A stretch of 37,308 nucleotides of DNA from Bacillota bacterium (GTDB lineage Bacteria > Bacillota > Clostridia > Acetivibrionales > DTU013). The stretch lies in assembly GCA_023415815.1 (NCBI GenBank), contig JAEZJL010000160.1:1-37308 (forward strand). Direction: 5' to 3'. The position numbers and the translations under genes were made by a program. Within the stretch, counting starts at the first letter, position 1, and the number at the start of each line of letters is the position of its first letter. The notes beneath the pieces were generated by a model. The model made no database searches, was not told the DNA's origin, and saw nothing but the letters and a program-made list of their open reading frames with translations. Shown here one piece after another: positions 1 through 7,209 of the stretch.

Positions 1-146
1 TTTTTATCGTCTGCCGTCTTCCCTGCATTGAGAATCATTTCGATAAGCTCATCCTTTTCCTTTTTGGTAAAGCCTTTCAGACCCATCATCTTGGCTATAT
101 AGCGCAAATCCTCCAACGATTTACTTCCAAGATTTACTCCTTCCAT
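1..146 (-). CDS. rho: Transcription termination factor Rho, N-terminal fragment; the gene continues past the window start
   Basis: Reverse-strand ATG at 146-144 opens MEGVNLGSKSLEDLRYIAKMMGLKGFTKKEKDELIEMILNAGKTADDK. This fits the Rho_N (SAP-like) pattern L..L..IAK..G......KK.ELI..IL. It is absent from the ORF track only because the window edge truncates it. Other proteins carry the same domain, so the call is tentative. Confidence 0.4.
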   Translation of the reverse strand, partial: MEGVNLGSKSLEDLRYIAKMMGLKGFTKKEKDELIEMILNAGKTADDK

Positions 147-417
147 AATCCACCTACCTTACAAAATATGTTTTAATATTGCCAGTTTTATGAAATTTCA
201 AACATGAGTGTATTCAGAGTTTCAAAGTTTGGTTCAGAGATATACCGGCTTGTCGGGACAAGCGTAACAGAACATATTCTATAAAAAACATATGAAACTT
301 CCTAAGTTAAGTTAAGGAAAACAATAACAAAGAATGATTCGTGAACACTACGTGTAAATTATAGCATTTGACCTTATGATTGTCAATATTCCGGCCGCGG
401 GGGATTTCATGAAAGGC

Positions 418-1095
418 CTATTTGCCCGATTTATTGCCTGTCTGCTTTTCCATCAGGCCTTTGCGGTCCTTAACAAAATAACCGGGTCCTCCGGAAATTA
501 TAATATGCCGCATCTTCAGCAATTCCTTCAGGTCTTTGTTGGTTGCCGCGTAAATCATCTCGCACGCATTGCATTCCATGCACTTGAGCAGAATCCTGTC
601 CGAAAGCAGGACCATCTCTATCTGTACGCTGCCGCATTCGCAGCAAAGATCCTCCTGCTCAGCTATGTCGTGTATCCTGTTCAGCGCGTCGAACATAACC
701 TGGGTGTTTTTAAAATAGCTTTCGTAGCCGAACATATCAATCAGTTCATCGAATTCTTCCTCCAGACTGTCAACCTTTTTGCGCACTTCCTCATCCTTGC
801 CGAAGAAGCACAGCTGCATACCGGTTTCCGGGCAGTTGAACGTGTTCAGCTTCTTCAGCATGATATCCTTTTTCGCCAGCATGTATATATGATCGCTGCC
901 GCAGCCGATACACGGCGTCTTAACCAGATATCCGCTTTCGCCCTCCTGTGTGATGGTTATGGCTGATTTCCTGCACCGGCAGCAAAAGGTGCTTTCCTTT
1001 TTATATAAAAATGTAAATAGCGAAATATTGAAAAATTCAAAGCTCCCGCATGATGCACATTTATACGCGATAGTAACGCTTGTATCTATCAGCAT
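418..1095 (-). CDS. Cysteine-rich hypothetical protein with multiple CxxC pairs (zinc-ribbon-like)
   Basis: ORF 418..1104. The preferred start is ATG at 1095, six nt after GAGGTGG. Six CxxC motifs are present (CASC, CCRC, CIGC, CCEC, CMEC, CNAC). The opposite-strand ORF 376..966 has no comparable features. Confidence 0.6.
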   Translation of the reverse strand: MLIDTSVTIAYKCASCGSFEFFNISLFTFLYKKESTFCCRCRKSAITITQEGESGYLVKTPCIGCGSDHIYMLAKKDIMLKKLNTFNCPETGMQLCFFGKDEEVRKKVDSLEEEFDELIDMFGYESYFKNTQVMFDALNRIHDIAEQEDLCCECGSVQIEMVLLSDRILLKCMECNACEMIYAATNKDLKELLKMRHIIISGGPGYFVKDRKGLMEKQTGNKSGK

Positions 1096-1188
1096 TTTTC
1101 CCACCTCACATAATATTATTCGCCATAGGACAAAAAAAATCCTGCTTTCCCCGTATTCTGCCCGAAAGTAGGGAAAAATAAATCCGAG

Positions 1189-1713
1189 GTGTTATATATC
1201 GTGAATTTGAAACAGGAAATGAGGGAAATGTTCGAAAAGCATCCTGCCATGGAGTTTAACGAAAGGAACTCCAGATTTGAGGACGGGCTGCTCGAAAAAA
1301 TAATCAACCTGACCTTCGCCGGCCTTTGCACGTTCAGCAGCAGGCGCTGGCAGATCGTTGCCGTAAGGACCCCGCTTATGCTGCAGAAGCTCTACAGACT
1401 GCTGGACGATAGGAGAATTCTGGAGTCGTCGGTGGCTCTGCTGGTGACACACCCCATCCCCGGCCCGGATTCCGGTAGTTTTGAGGCCGACATAGGGCTG
1501 CTTTCGCTTTCTCTCGCTCATTCGGCCAAATATTACTGCATCGGTTCCTTCAGCACAAGGAATTTCAGCAGCGATGCACTTATAAGGGAATTTGCGCTGG
1601 AGCCGCTCTGCCCCGTTTACGCGGTCGCAGGCCTGGGGACCTATCAGGAAGCCTCCGTTCCGCTAGCCGCGCACGCGAGATATGTGTATTCAGACATAGT
1701 AAAAGAACTGTAA
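1189..1713 (+). CDS. Nitroreductase-family-like protein (divergent)
   Basis: The N-terminus resembles the nitroreductase fold pattern (RxSxRxF, LxxIIxxxxxxxxxxxxxxWxxVAV), and the size of ~170 aa fits. The start is uncertain: GTG 1189, GTG 1201 (11 nt after GAGG) or ATG 1219. Confidence 0.5.
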   Translation: MLYIVNLKQEMREMFEKHPAMEFNERNSRFEDGLLEKIINLTFAGLCTFSSRRWQIVAVRTPLMLQKLYRLLDDRRILESSVALLVTHPIPGPDSGSFEADIGLLSLSLAHSAKYYCIGSFSTRNFSSDALIREFALEPLCPVYAVAGLGTYQEASVPLAAHARYVYSDIVKEL

Positions 1714-1721
1714 GTAAACTG

Positions 1722-1730
1722 TGGTATAAT
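1722..1730 (+). promoter_or_regulatory. Candidate extended -10 box TGGTATAAT, 5 nt upstream of the minisatellite head
   Basis: Exact TGnTATAAT match. The same box in the same position relative to GGGGACACACC recurs at 31687-31695. No convincing -35 hexamer. Confidence 0.3.
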
Positions 1731-1735
1731 GGAGA

Positions 1736-2170
1736 GGGGACACACCTCTCCCGCCGACGGACTGAGCGTCGAGGTATGTCCCCTTTTGACGCTAAAGCTG
1801 GACTTGGATACACGGCTTTACGGGCTGGGTGCCGGAGTATGTCCCTTTTGGACGCTGAAGCTGGACTTGGATGCCCGGCTTTACGGGCTGGGTGCCGGAG
1901 TATGGGATCTTTTTTGACGAAAAACCTGGACTTGGATACACGGTTTTAGGGGCTAAGTGCCGGGGTATGGCCCCTTTTAACGCTGAAACTGGACTTGGAC
2001 CCGGCTTTAAGGACTAGGCCCCGGAGTATGGGACCTTTTTTGACGTAGAAACTGGACTTGGATACACGGCTTTAGGAGCTAAGTGCCAGGGTATGTCCCC
2101 TTTTAACGCTGAAGCTGGGCTGGGATACACGGCTTTTACGGGCTGAGCGCGGGAGTATGGCTTTTCAGGG
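1736..2170 (+). repeat. Minisatellite array 1: a ~38-nt unique head segment followed by ~6.5 direct units of 61-65 bp
   Basis: The unit start GTAT falls at 1774, 1837, 1900, 1965, 2026, 2091 and 2155, giving periods of 63, 63, 65, 61, 65 and 64. The consensus is GTATGTCCCCTTTTGACGCTGAAGCTGGACTTGGATACACGGCTTTACGGGCTGGGTGCCGGA. The whole unit is conserved, with no unique spacers. Confidence 0.9.
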
Positions 2171-2239
2171 GGTGGAAGGCAGCGGGGAGCTGTCTTTAGG
2201 TGGAGGGAAAGTGATTCCAAAAATAATGAGGTGTGTAAC

Positions 2240-3922
2240 ATGACGGATGCGTTTTTTTATACAATACTGGCTATCCTGGCGGCGGCGGTCATAGTCACGA
2301 TGGCATTGGTCAATAAGAGACGGGCGGTAGGCAAGCTGAGGCGGACTATAGAGGAACGCTGGGGCAGGCCTCCCGCGGCGGACTACAGCAGCGGGTCTAT
2401 GCAGGCTATATCAGGCTATTTTTACAGCTATTCCGAAAAGCGCCCCGAAAAATTTCTGATAGATGACATCACCTGGAACGACCTTGACATGGACAACGTC
2501 TTCAAGCGTATAAATAACACCTGCTCAACGGTAGGGGAGGAATATTTGTACAAGCTCCTGAGGGAGCCTGTTTTCGAGGAAGCGGAGCTGAAGGAGCGGG
2601 AAAGGCTCATCGAGCATTTCCGGAATAATCCGGCACAGAGACAGAAGCTTCAGCTTTACCTTGCGAGGCTGGGCAAGAGAAGGTTTTCAGGGATTTCCGA
2701 TTATTTTTTCAATGATAAAAAGGATGTCTCTATGCGGAGCCTCAGGTACATACTCCAGCTTGCGGCGCTGCTTGCCTCGCCGCTGGTCATGATCGCGGAT
2801 ATATCGACGGGCCTACTGCTGCTCATAGTGATGTTCATCGCAAATATGACGACTTACTATAAAGCCAAAAACGATCGAGAGGTTTACATGGAATCCCTGA
2901 GCTATGTCGTAAACCTCATCAATTACTCCAAAAAAATAGCGCATGACAGCATACAGGGGATCGAAGAGTACACGGCCGAGCTCAAAAAAACCTCGGATAA
3001 AATCAAAAGCTTCGGTATAAAATCCTTCTACCAGCTTTTTTACCAGACCGGCGATATATTCCTCGAGCCCATCAAGGTCCTTTTCTTCATTGAACTGATA
3101 GCTTTCGAGAGCCTGTTGAAAAAGATTTTCAAGTACAGGGAGGAAATACGGCAGCTTTACGAGATCGTAGGCAAGCTTGACAGCATGATCTCAGCCGCCT
3201 CATACAGGGAGAGCCTGGACTATTATGCGGTCCCCTCCTTCACGGAAAGCAAGCCGGCGGCGCTGTCCTTCAAGGATGCCTATCATCCTCTCATTAAAAA
3301 TCCGGTCGCGAATTCCATTGAGACCTCAACCTCGGTATTGATCACAGGCTCGAACGCCTCCGGAAAATCCACCTTCCTGAAAACTGCCGCCATCAATGCG
3401 ATCCTTGCTCAGACGATCAATACCTGCCTCGCCAGGGAGTACCGTTCAAGCCGCTTTATGATATACACCTCCATGGCTCTGAAGGATAATCTTTCAAATA
3501 ACGAAAGCTATTACATCGCTGAAATTAAGTCGCTGAAAAGGCTGTTTGACAATATGAATGACGAGATCCCCGTCCTCTGTATGATAGACGAGGTACTGCG
3601 CGGCACCAATACCATTGAGAGGATAGCCGCTTCCTCGGAGGTGCTGCGGCGGCTCGCGGGCGGCAATTGCCTCTGCGTCGCGGCCACTCACGATATCGAG
3701 CTGGTTTCCATACTGAAAAACTTCTACGGCAATTATCACTTCCAGGAAAGCTTCCGCGACAATGACATCATTTTCGATTACAAAATATATCCCGGGAAAT
3801 CCACCACACGCAACGCCATTAAGCTGCTGCGCCTGATAGGCTATTCGGAAACCGTAGTGGCTTCGGCCGAGGAAAGGGCCGAAGGCTTCGCCTCGGAGGG
3901 CAAGTGGAGGGAGATACAATAA
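2240..3922 (+). CDS. MutS-related ATPase (domain V only) with N-terminal and internal transmembrane segments
   Basis: ORF 2231..3922. ATG 2240 lies 7 nt after GAGGTG. Motifs: Walker A GSNASGKST, MutS-type Walker B MIDEVLRGT and VAATHD. Hydrophobic segments: FFYTILAILAAAVIVTMALV and LAALLASPLVMIADISTGLLLLIVMFIANM. No mismatch-binding domain I is evident. Confidence 0.8.
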   Translation: MTDAFFYTILAILAAAVIVTMALVNKRRAVGKLRRTIEERWGRPPAADYSSGSMQAISGYFYSYSEKRPEKFLIDDITWNDLDMDNVFKRINNTCSTVGEEYLYKLLREPVFEEAELKERERLIEHFRNNPAQRQKLQLYLARLGKRRFSGISDYFFNDKKDVSMRSLRYILQLAALLASPLVMIADISTGLLLLIVMFIANMTTYYKAKNDREVYMESLSYVVNLINYSKKIAHDSIQGIEEYTAELKKTSDKIKSFGIKSFYQLFYQTGDIFLEPIKVLFFIELIAFESLLKKIFKYREEIRQLYEIVGKLDSMISAASYRESLDYYAVPSFTESKPAALSFKDAYHPLIKNPVANSIETSTSVLITGSNASGKSTFLKTAAINAILAQTINTCLAREYRSSRFMIYTSMALKDNLSNNESYYIAEIKSLKRLFDNMNDEIPVLCMIDEVLRGTNTIERIAASSEVLRRLAGGNCLCVAATHDIELVSILKNFYGNYHFQESFRDNDIIFDYKIYPGKSTTRNAIKLLRLIGYSETVVASAEERAEGFASEGKWREIQ

Positions 3923-3929
3923 AATTATC

Positions 3930-3964
3930 CTTAAGGGGAAACCAGCCCTTGTTTTCCCCTTAAG
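3930..3964 (+). terminator. 12-bp stem-loop 8 nt after the MutS-like stop; possible terminator but no U-tract
   Basis: CTTAAGGGGAAA-ccagcccttgt-TTTCCCCTTAAG. An identical hairpin follows the murA stop at 20076-20110. Confidence 0.35.
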
Positions 3965-4066
3965 AATCCCCATCCTTCCCCGTATTACATTCCCACGGCT
4001 TCCAGGGTCAGGGCCTTGGTTCAGCCGGGCCGCAACAAACGCGCCGTCCATGGCGCGATAGTTGCT

Positions 4067-4089
4067 AAAACCGGCATCGTGCCGGTTTT
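4067..4089 (+). terminator. Rho-independent terminator-like hairpin
   Basis: AAAACCGGCA-tcg-TGCCGGTTTT: a GC core stem with a T-run. It is mirrored at 19950-19972. Confidence 0.5.
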
Positions 4090-4111
4090 CCCCGGCTCTT
4101 GTGTTTGCCCT

Positions 4112-4298
4112 GGCCGGGGAAGCCGTAAAGTCATGTAATAAAGGGGCATTTTTAGCGGGTAAGGCTTCGTAGACTGCTTCGGAGGCGTTTATTAGTTTTT
4201 TGTGTTGTCGCGGCCGGATAAGCCGTAAATCATGCAATAGATGGGGCAGTTTAGCGGGCAGGGCTTTAAAGGAGACTTCATAGCCTGCTTCGAAGCCG
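4112..4298 (+). repeat. Two tandem ~76-87 bp units inside arm A
   Basis: GGCCGGGGAAGCCGTAAAGTCATGTAATAAAGGGGCATTTTTAGCGGG... (4112-4187) is repeated as GGCCGGATAAGCCGTAAATCATGCAATAGATGGGGCAGTTTAGCGGG... (4212-4298). Both units are also present in arm B. Confidence 0.75.
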
Positions 4299-4307
4299 CT
4301 TATAAGT

Positions 4308-4537
4308 GTTTGAAAAAGCTTCGTGATGTACTCGGTGGGAAAAACCGACGACGCGGTGAAATGGACACGATGTCCATTTCAGGGACAAACTGAGCCATGG
4401 ACGGCGAATTTGTCCCGACCGCCAAAGGAGGTTTTTCCCACCGCTAAGCGCACAGAAGCTTTTTCATTGCGCCCTGACAGCCCCCGCGGCGTCTGAGCGG
4501 CGCGTTTTCCGCCGCTTTTCCGCGGTGAAAAGCGGCA
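4308..4537 (+). repeat. Palindromic ~230-bp element, copy E1 (MITE-like or structured-RNA-like)
   Basis: The outer arms GAAAAAGCTTC (4312-4322) and GAAGCTTTTTC (4455-4465) pair. So do the inner arms CGGTGGGAAAAACC (4333-4346) and GGTTTTTCCCACCG (4430-4443). Internal hairpins lie at 4358-4380 and 4382-4416. A 3' hairpin CCGCTTTTC-cgcggt-GAAAAGCGG follows. Confidence 0.85.
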
Positions 4538-4604
4538 TTATAAGTAAAGTAAAGCGGCCTTTTTCAGACCGCTTTGTTAATATGAAGTAATTGCCTTATT
4601 TCAA

Positions 4605-4718
4605 TTAAAGCCCTCTGGCTTCAAGCTTCAGAATCTCCACTTTGCCGGTCTTTTCCAAGGAGAGGTCCGCATCGCTCCCTCCGAAATAGTCGTATGCGGC
4701 TGTCTTCTGTAGATGGGT
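4605..4718 (-). pseudogene. Relic of the 3' end of an unidentified gene (about 38 codons plus stop and terminator-like hairpin)
   Basis: The minus strand reads ...THLQKTAAYDYFGGSDADLSLEKTGKVEILKLEARGL*, followed by the hairpin GCGGTC-tgaaaaa-GGCCGC and TTTACTTTACTT. Upstream, the frame runs into element copy E2. A shorter version (TGKAEILKLEARRL*) sits in arm B. Confidence 0.3.
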
Positions 4719-4954
4719 AAGTATTTGAAAAAGCTTCGTGATGCACTCGGCGGGAAAAACCGACCACGCGGTGAAATGGACACGGTTCCATTTCAGGGAC
4801 AAACTGAGCCATGGACGGCGAATTTGTCCCGACCGCCAGAGGAGGTTTTTCCCACTGCTAAGTGCATAGAAGCTTTTTCATTGCGCCCTGACAGCCTCCG
4901 CAGCGTCTAAGCGGCGCGCTTCCCACCGCTTTTCCGCGGTGAAAAGCGGCTTAT
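4717..4954 (+). repeat. Palindromic ~230-bp element, copy E2
   Basis: It aligns along its full length with E1 with scattered substitutions. It ends 3 nt from the stop codon of the PepSY/SLH gene. Confidence 0.85.
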
Positions 4955-4957
4955 ATT

Positions 4958-7132
4958 CTATACCTGCAAATAATTGTATATCATCACTGCCGCACCGGCC
5001 CTTGTGAGCTTAGTTTTCGGGCCGAAGCTCCCGTCGCTTCCGGCAGTTATCTTCAAGCCCGCCGCCAGGGCGACGTAGCCTGTCAGCGCCGGAGATATTT
5101 CACTCTTGTCCTTGAAGTTTATAATGTATATATCCTTCAAATCTGCGGCCTTGTCGAGCTTCATGGCCCTAATGATGAATTTGACGGCGTCCTCATTTGT
5201 AACAGCCGCATCAGGGGCCTTCTCGCCATTCTTCACCACGCCCTCGCGGGTCAGATAGGCATACAGCTGGTCGATATCCTGCGCTGCGCTCTTCTGGGTG
5301 ATTACAGGCCCATAATAACTCATGGTCTTTGAAAGCAGCGTGAGGAAATCCTTCTGATTAATCTCAGTTCCGGGTTTGAATTCCGCCCCGTCAAGGTTGA
5401 CCCCGTTTTCCGCAAGCACCGATATCTGCTTCTCCGCAGGGTCTCCCTTTATGTCGGTATATAAAACGGTTTTCTGCTCCGTATAAGGGTTACCGTTGTA
5501 ATCCACCACTCCTCCGGTGAAGGCGTCAAGGAACAGAGGTATTCCCATCTTGAGCACGTATGCAAGCTCAACCTCAGCCCTGGTCTGCGCCGGCTGCGGG
5601 AGTATCTTAGCGTCCGCCGCCTGGGCAGGCGGCTTCACCTTATATTCAAGGGTGAGTCCGATACCTGAAAAAAGTTTGGCATAGGCGGTATCTGCCGGAA
5701 TAACCTTGTCTATTGCCGGAAAATCGGTGTTGATCCAGTTAAGGTTGAAGCTTGTTACAATACCGTTGACAGCGTCATAATTTATATACATTCCGTTGTC
5801 CGGAAAGGTTATCCCGTTAACGATCCTGTCGTAGGTAAAGTTGTAATTCTGGGGCTTGGCGGTCCCGCTGTATACAATGTTGTTTCCGGCCAGCTCGTTG
5901 TATTTTACCTGTTTGAAATATTCAGGATAGGATTTCGACAGAAATTCTTCAACCGCAGCTTTTGATGCCGCAAGGTCGTACTTGGCCTTGGCGTCCTGCA
6001 CATACGGAACGCTCCTGTAGAAGGTTGTTATTTCGCCGGTATTTGCATTTATGGTTGCGCTTATGAAGGAATTGTTACCGGGGTTTTCCTTGTCCTCCTT
6101 GTTGAAATTCAGACTCCAGATGTATTGGCTCCCGTCGGGGTAGTTCTGGTTGAGGTTGGAATACGTGAGCTTGAAATCGTCCGTGAGTCCGAGGAATTTA
6201 GCGGCGCGGGCCGTCTTCTCGGCTTCCTCTACGGTTTTCAGCTTTGCGGCCTCCTCAACGGCCTTAAGCTCATCCGGATTAAGGACGACATTCGCCGGTT
6301 CCGCCTTCGCTGATTCAGCGAAAGCAACGTTCATTCCCATACCCTTATCATAAAGGCCTCCGTAATATACGGCACCCACCTGTATCCTCTTGCCGGTAAA
6401 CGCATTTAAGGCATAGGAGGAGTTTTCGTAAACCGGAGTATACACCAGATAGGTTTTTAGCTTATTGTCAATATAGCTGTACTTGTAGATAAGCTTGAGC
6501 CCCAGCTCTGTTTTATATGCTTCCTCCGCCTGCGCGAGGGTTTTAATGCCGGACGAGGCGGGGAATGCCGCCACATCCGTCCATTGGCGGTTGTAGTTCA
6601 GCAGCTTGCCGGTCTCGCGGTTTATGCTCAGGTAAACCGTGTCGTTGTAAAACGGTATTCCGTTCACGACCCTGTAATAACTGAGGTAATAGCTGGTATC
6701 CTGGAGGTTGCCCTGGGTGTTCTCCTGATACTTCAGCTGCGAGGGGAGCCCGGGGTCAAGCTTCTTTATGAATTCGTCGGCTTTGGCCTTTGCCTCCTGC
6801 CTGCTTATTGCGGGAAGCTTTCTGGCAATCGCGTAATCGTCCGGCGAATAGGTATCATAGCCTAAAATCATACCGGTGTCGTCTATCCTCACGTTTACGC
6901 TTTTTGCATTTACGGTATCCTTGCTGTTCCAGTTGAGATAGAATATCTTCCTCGTACCCTCGGTACTGATGCTGGAAGTAAATTTATAGTCGGCAGGGAT
7001 ATCAAACTTTGTCTTGGCAGTCTTTATCGCGTTTTCAAGGGCTTTGTCCATATCCGCGGCAAAAGCCTGCAGCGGTATGGCCAGAGTAAAAATCACGGCC
7101 ATTGTAGTGATCGTTGCAAGAATTCTTTTCAA
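4958..7132 (-). CDS. Secreted PepSY-like-repeat protein with C-terminal S-layer-homology (SLH) repeats
   Basis: ORF 4958..7201. The best start is TTG 7132, six nt after GAGGTGG, giving the signal peptide (M)KRILATITTMAVIFTLAIPLQAFA. The C-terminus has SLH-like segments (YTDIKGDPAEKQISVLAENGV..., FKDKSEISPALTGYVALAAGLKI...FGPKTKLTRAGAAVMIYN). Confidence 0.75.
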   Translation of the reverse strand: MKRILATITTMAVIFTLAIPLQAFAADMDKALENAIKTAKTKFDIPADYKFTSSISTEGTRKIFYLNWNSKDTVNAKSVNVRIDDTGMILGYDTYSPDDYAIARKLPAISRQEAKAKADEFIKKLDPGLPSQLKYQENTQGNLQDTSYYLSYYRVVNGIPFYNDTVYLSINRETGKLLNYNRQWTDVAAFPASSGIKTLAQAEEAYKTELGLKLIYKYSYIDNKLKTYLVYTPVYENSSYALNAFTGKRIQVGAVYYGGLYDKGMGMNVAFAESAKAEPANVVLNPDELKAVEEAAKLKTVEEAEKTARAAKFLGLTDDFKLTYSNLNQNYPDGSQYIWSLNFNKEDKENPGNNSFISATINANTGEITTFYRSVPYVQDAKAKYDLAASKAAVEEFLSKSYPEYFKQVKYNELAGNNIVYSGTAKPQNYNFTYDRIVNGITFPDNGMYINYDAVNGIVTSFNLNWINTDFPAIDKVIPADTAYAKLFSGIGLTLEYKVKPPAQAADAKILPQPAQTRAEVELAYVLKMGIPLFLDAFTGGVVDYNGNPYTEQKTVLYTDIKGDPAEKQISVLAENGVNLDGAEFKPGTEINQKDFLTLLSKTMSYYGPVITQKSAAQDIDQLYAYLTREGVVKNGEKAPDAAVTNEDAVKFIIRAMKLDKAADLKDIYIINFKDKSEISPALTGYVALAAGLKITAGSDGSFGPKTKLTRAGAAVMIYNYLQV

Positions 7133-7209
7133 ATCAATCCACCTCTTTGCTAATATTGTATTTAGCCGGCAATACATATTAGACTGAACTTTCTTCAACA
7201 AGTTCCATG

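Larger units (their letters stand above)
3923..4954. repeat. Composite inverted repeat, arm A (partner 19301-20115)
   Basis: It starts at the first base after the MutS-like stop codon. Its reverse complement aligns with 20115 down to 19301 at roughly nine in ten positions by eye, apart from one ~196-bp deletion in arm B. Confidence 0.9.

Noticed and set aside
1729-1917. ORFs running through the arrays (1729..1917, 2014..2241, 22193..23191) give repetitive peptides such as VCPLLTLKLDLDTRLYGLGAG, which hinted at a repeat protein.
   Set aside because: Only the first units have a period divisible by three. Later periods of 65, 61, 65 and 64 break every frame. There is no ribosome-binding site. 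The 22193 ORF runs antisense into the giant gene.
1736-2170. The ~63-bp periodicity (a ~30-nt repeat plus a ~30-nt spacer would give the same period) suggested a CRISPR array here and at 22294-22625 and 31700-31980.
   Set aside because: The entire 61-65 bp unit is conserved from copy to copy, with no alternation of an invariant repeat and unique spacers. Unit lengths drift by 1-4 nt. No cas genes are in the window.
3494-4237. A 247-aa minus-strand ORF spans the MutS-like 3' end and the repeat arm.
   Set aside because: It is antisense to a well-supported ATPase domain, runs through terminator hairpins and has Arg/Gly/Pro-rich low-complexity composition typical of antisense frames in GC-rich coding DNA.
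4713-4910. Conserved 65-72 aa ORFs lie inside the palindromic element (4713..4910 and 19513..19731, sharing PFQGQTEPWTANLSRPP.EVFPTAKCIEAFSLRPDS; also 4605..4802 and 4621..4812).
   Set aside because: The amino-acid identity merely mirrors nucleotide identity of recent copies. The differences between copies are not biased to synonymous positions. The starts differ between copies, and E1 lacks the equivalent open frame.
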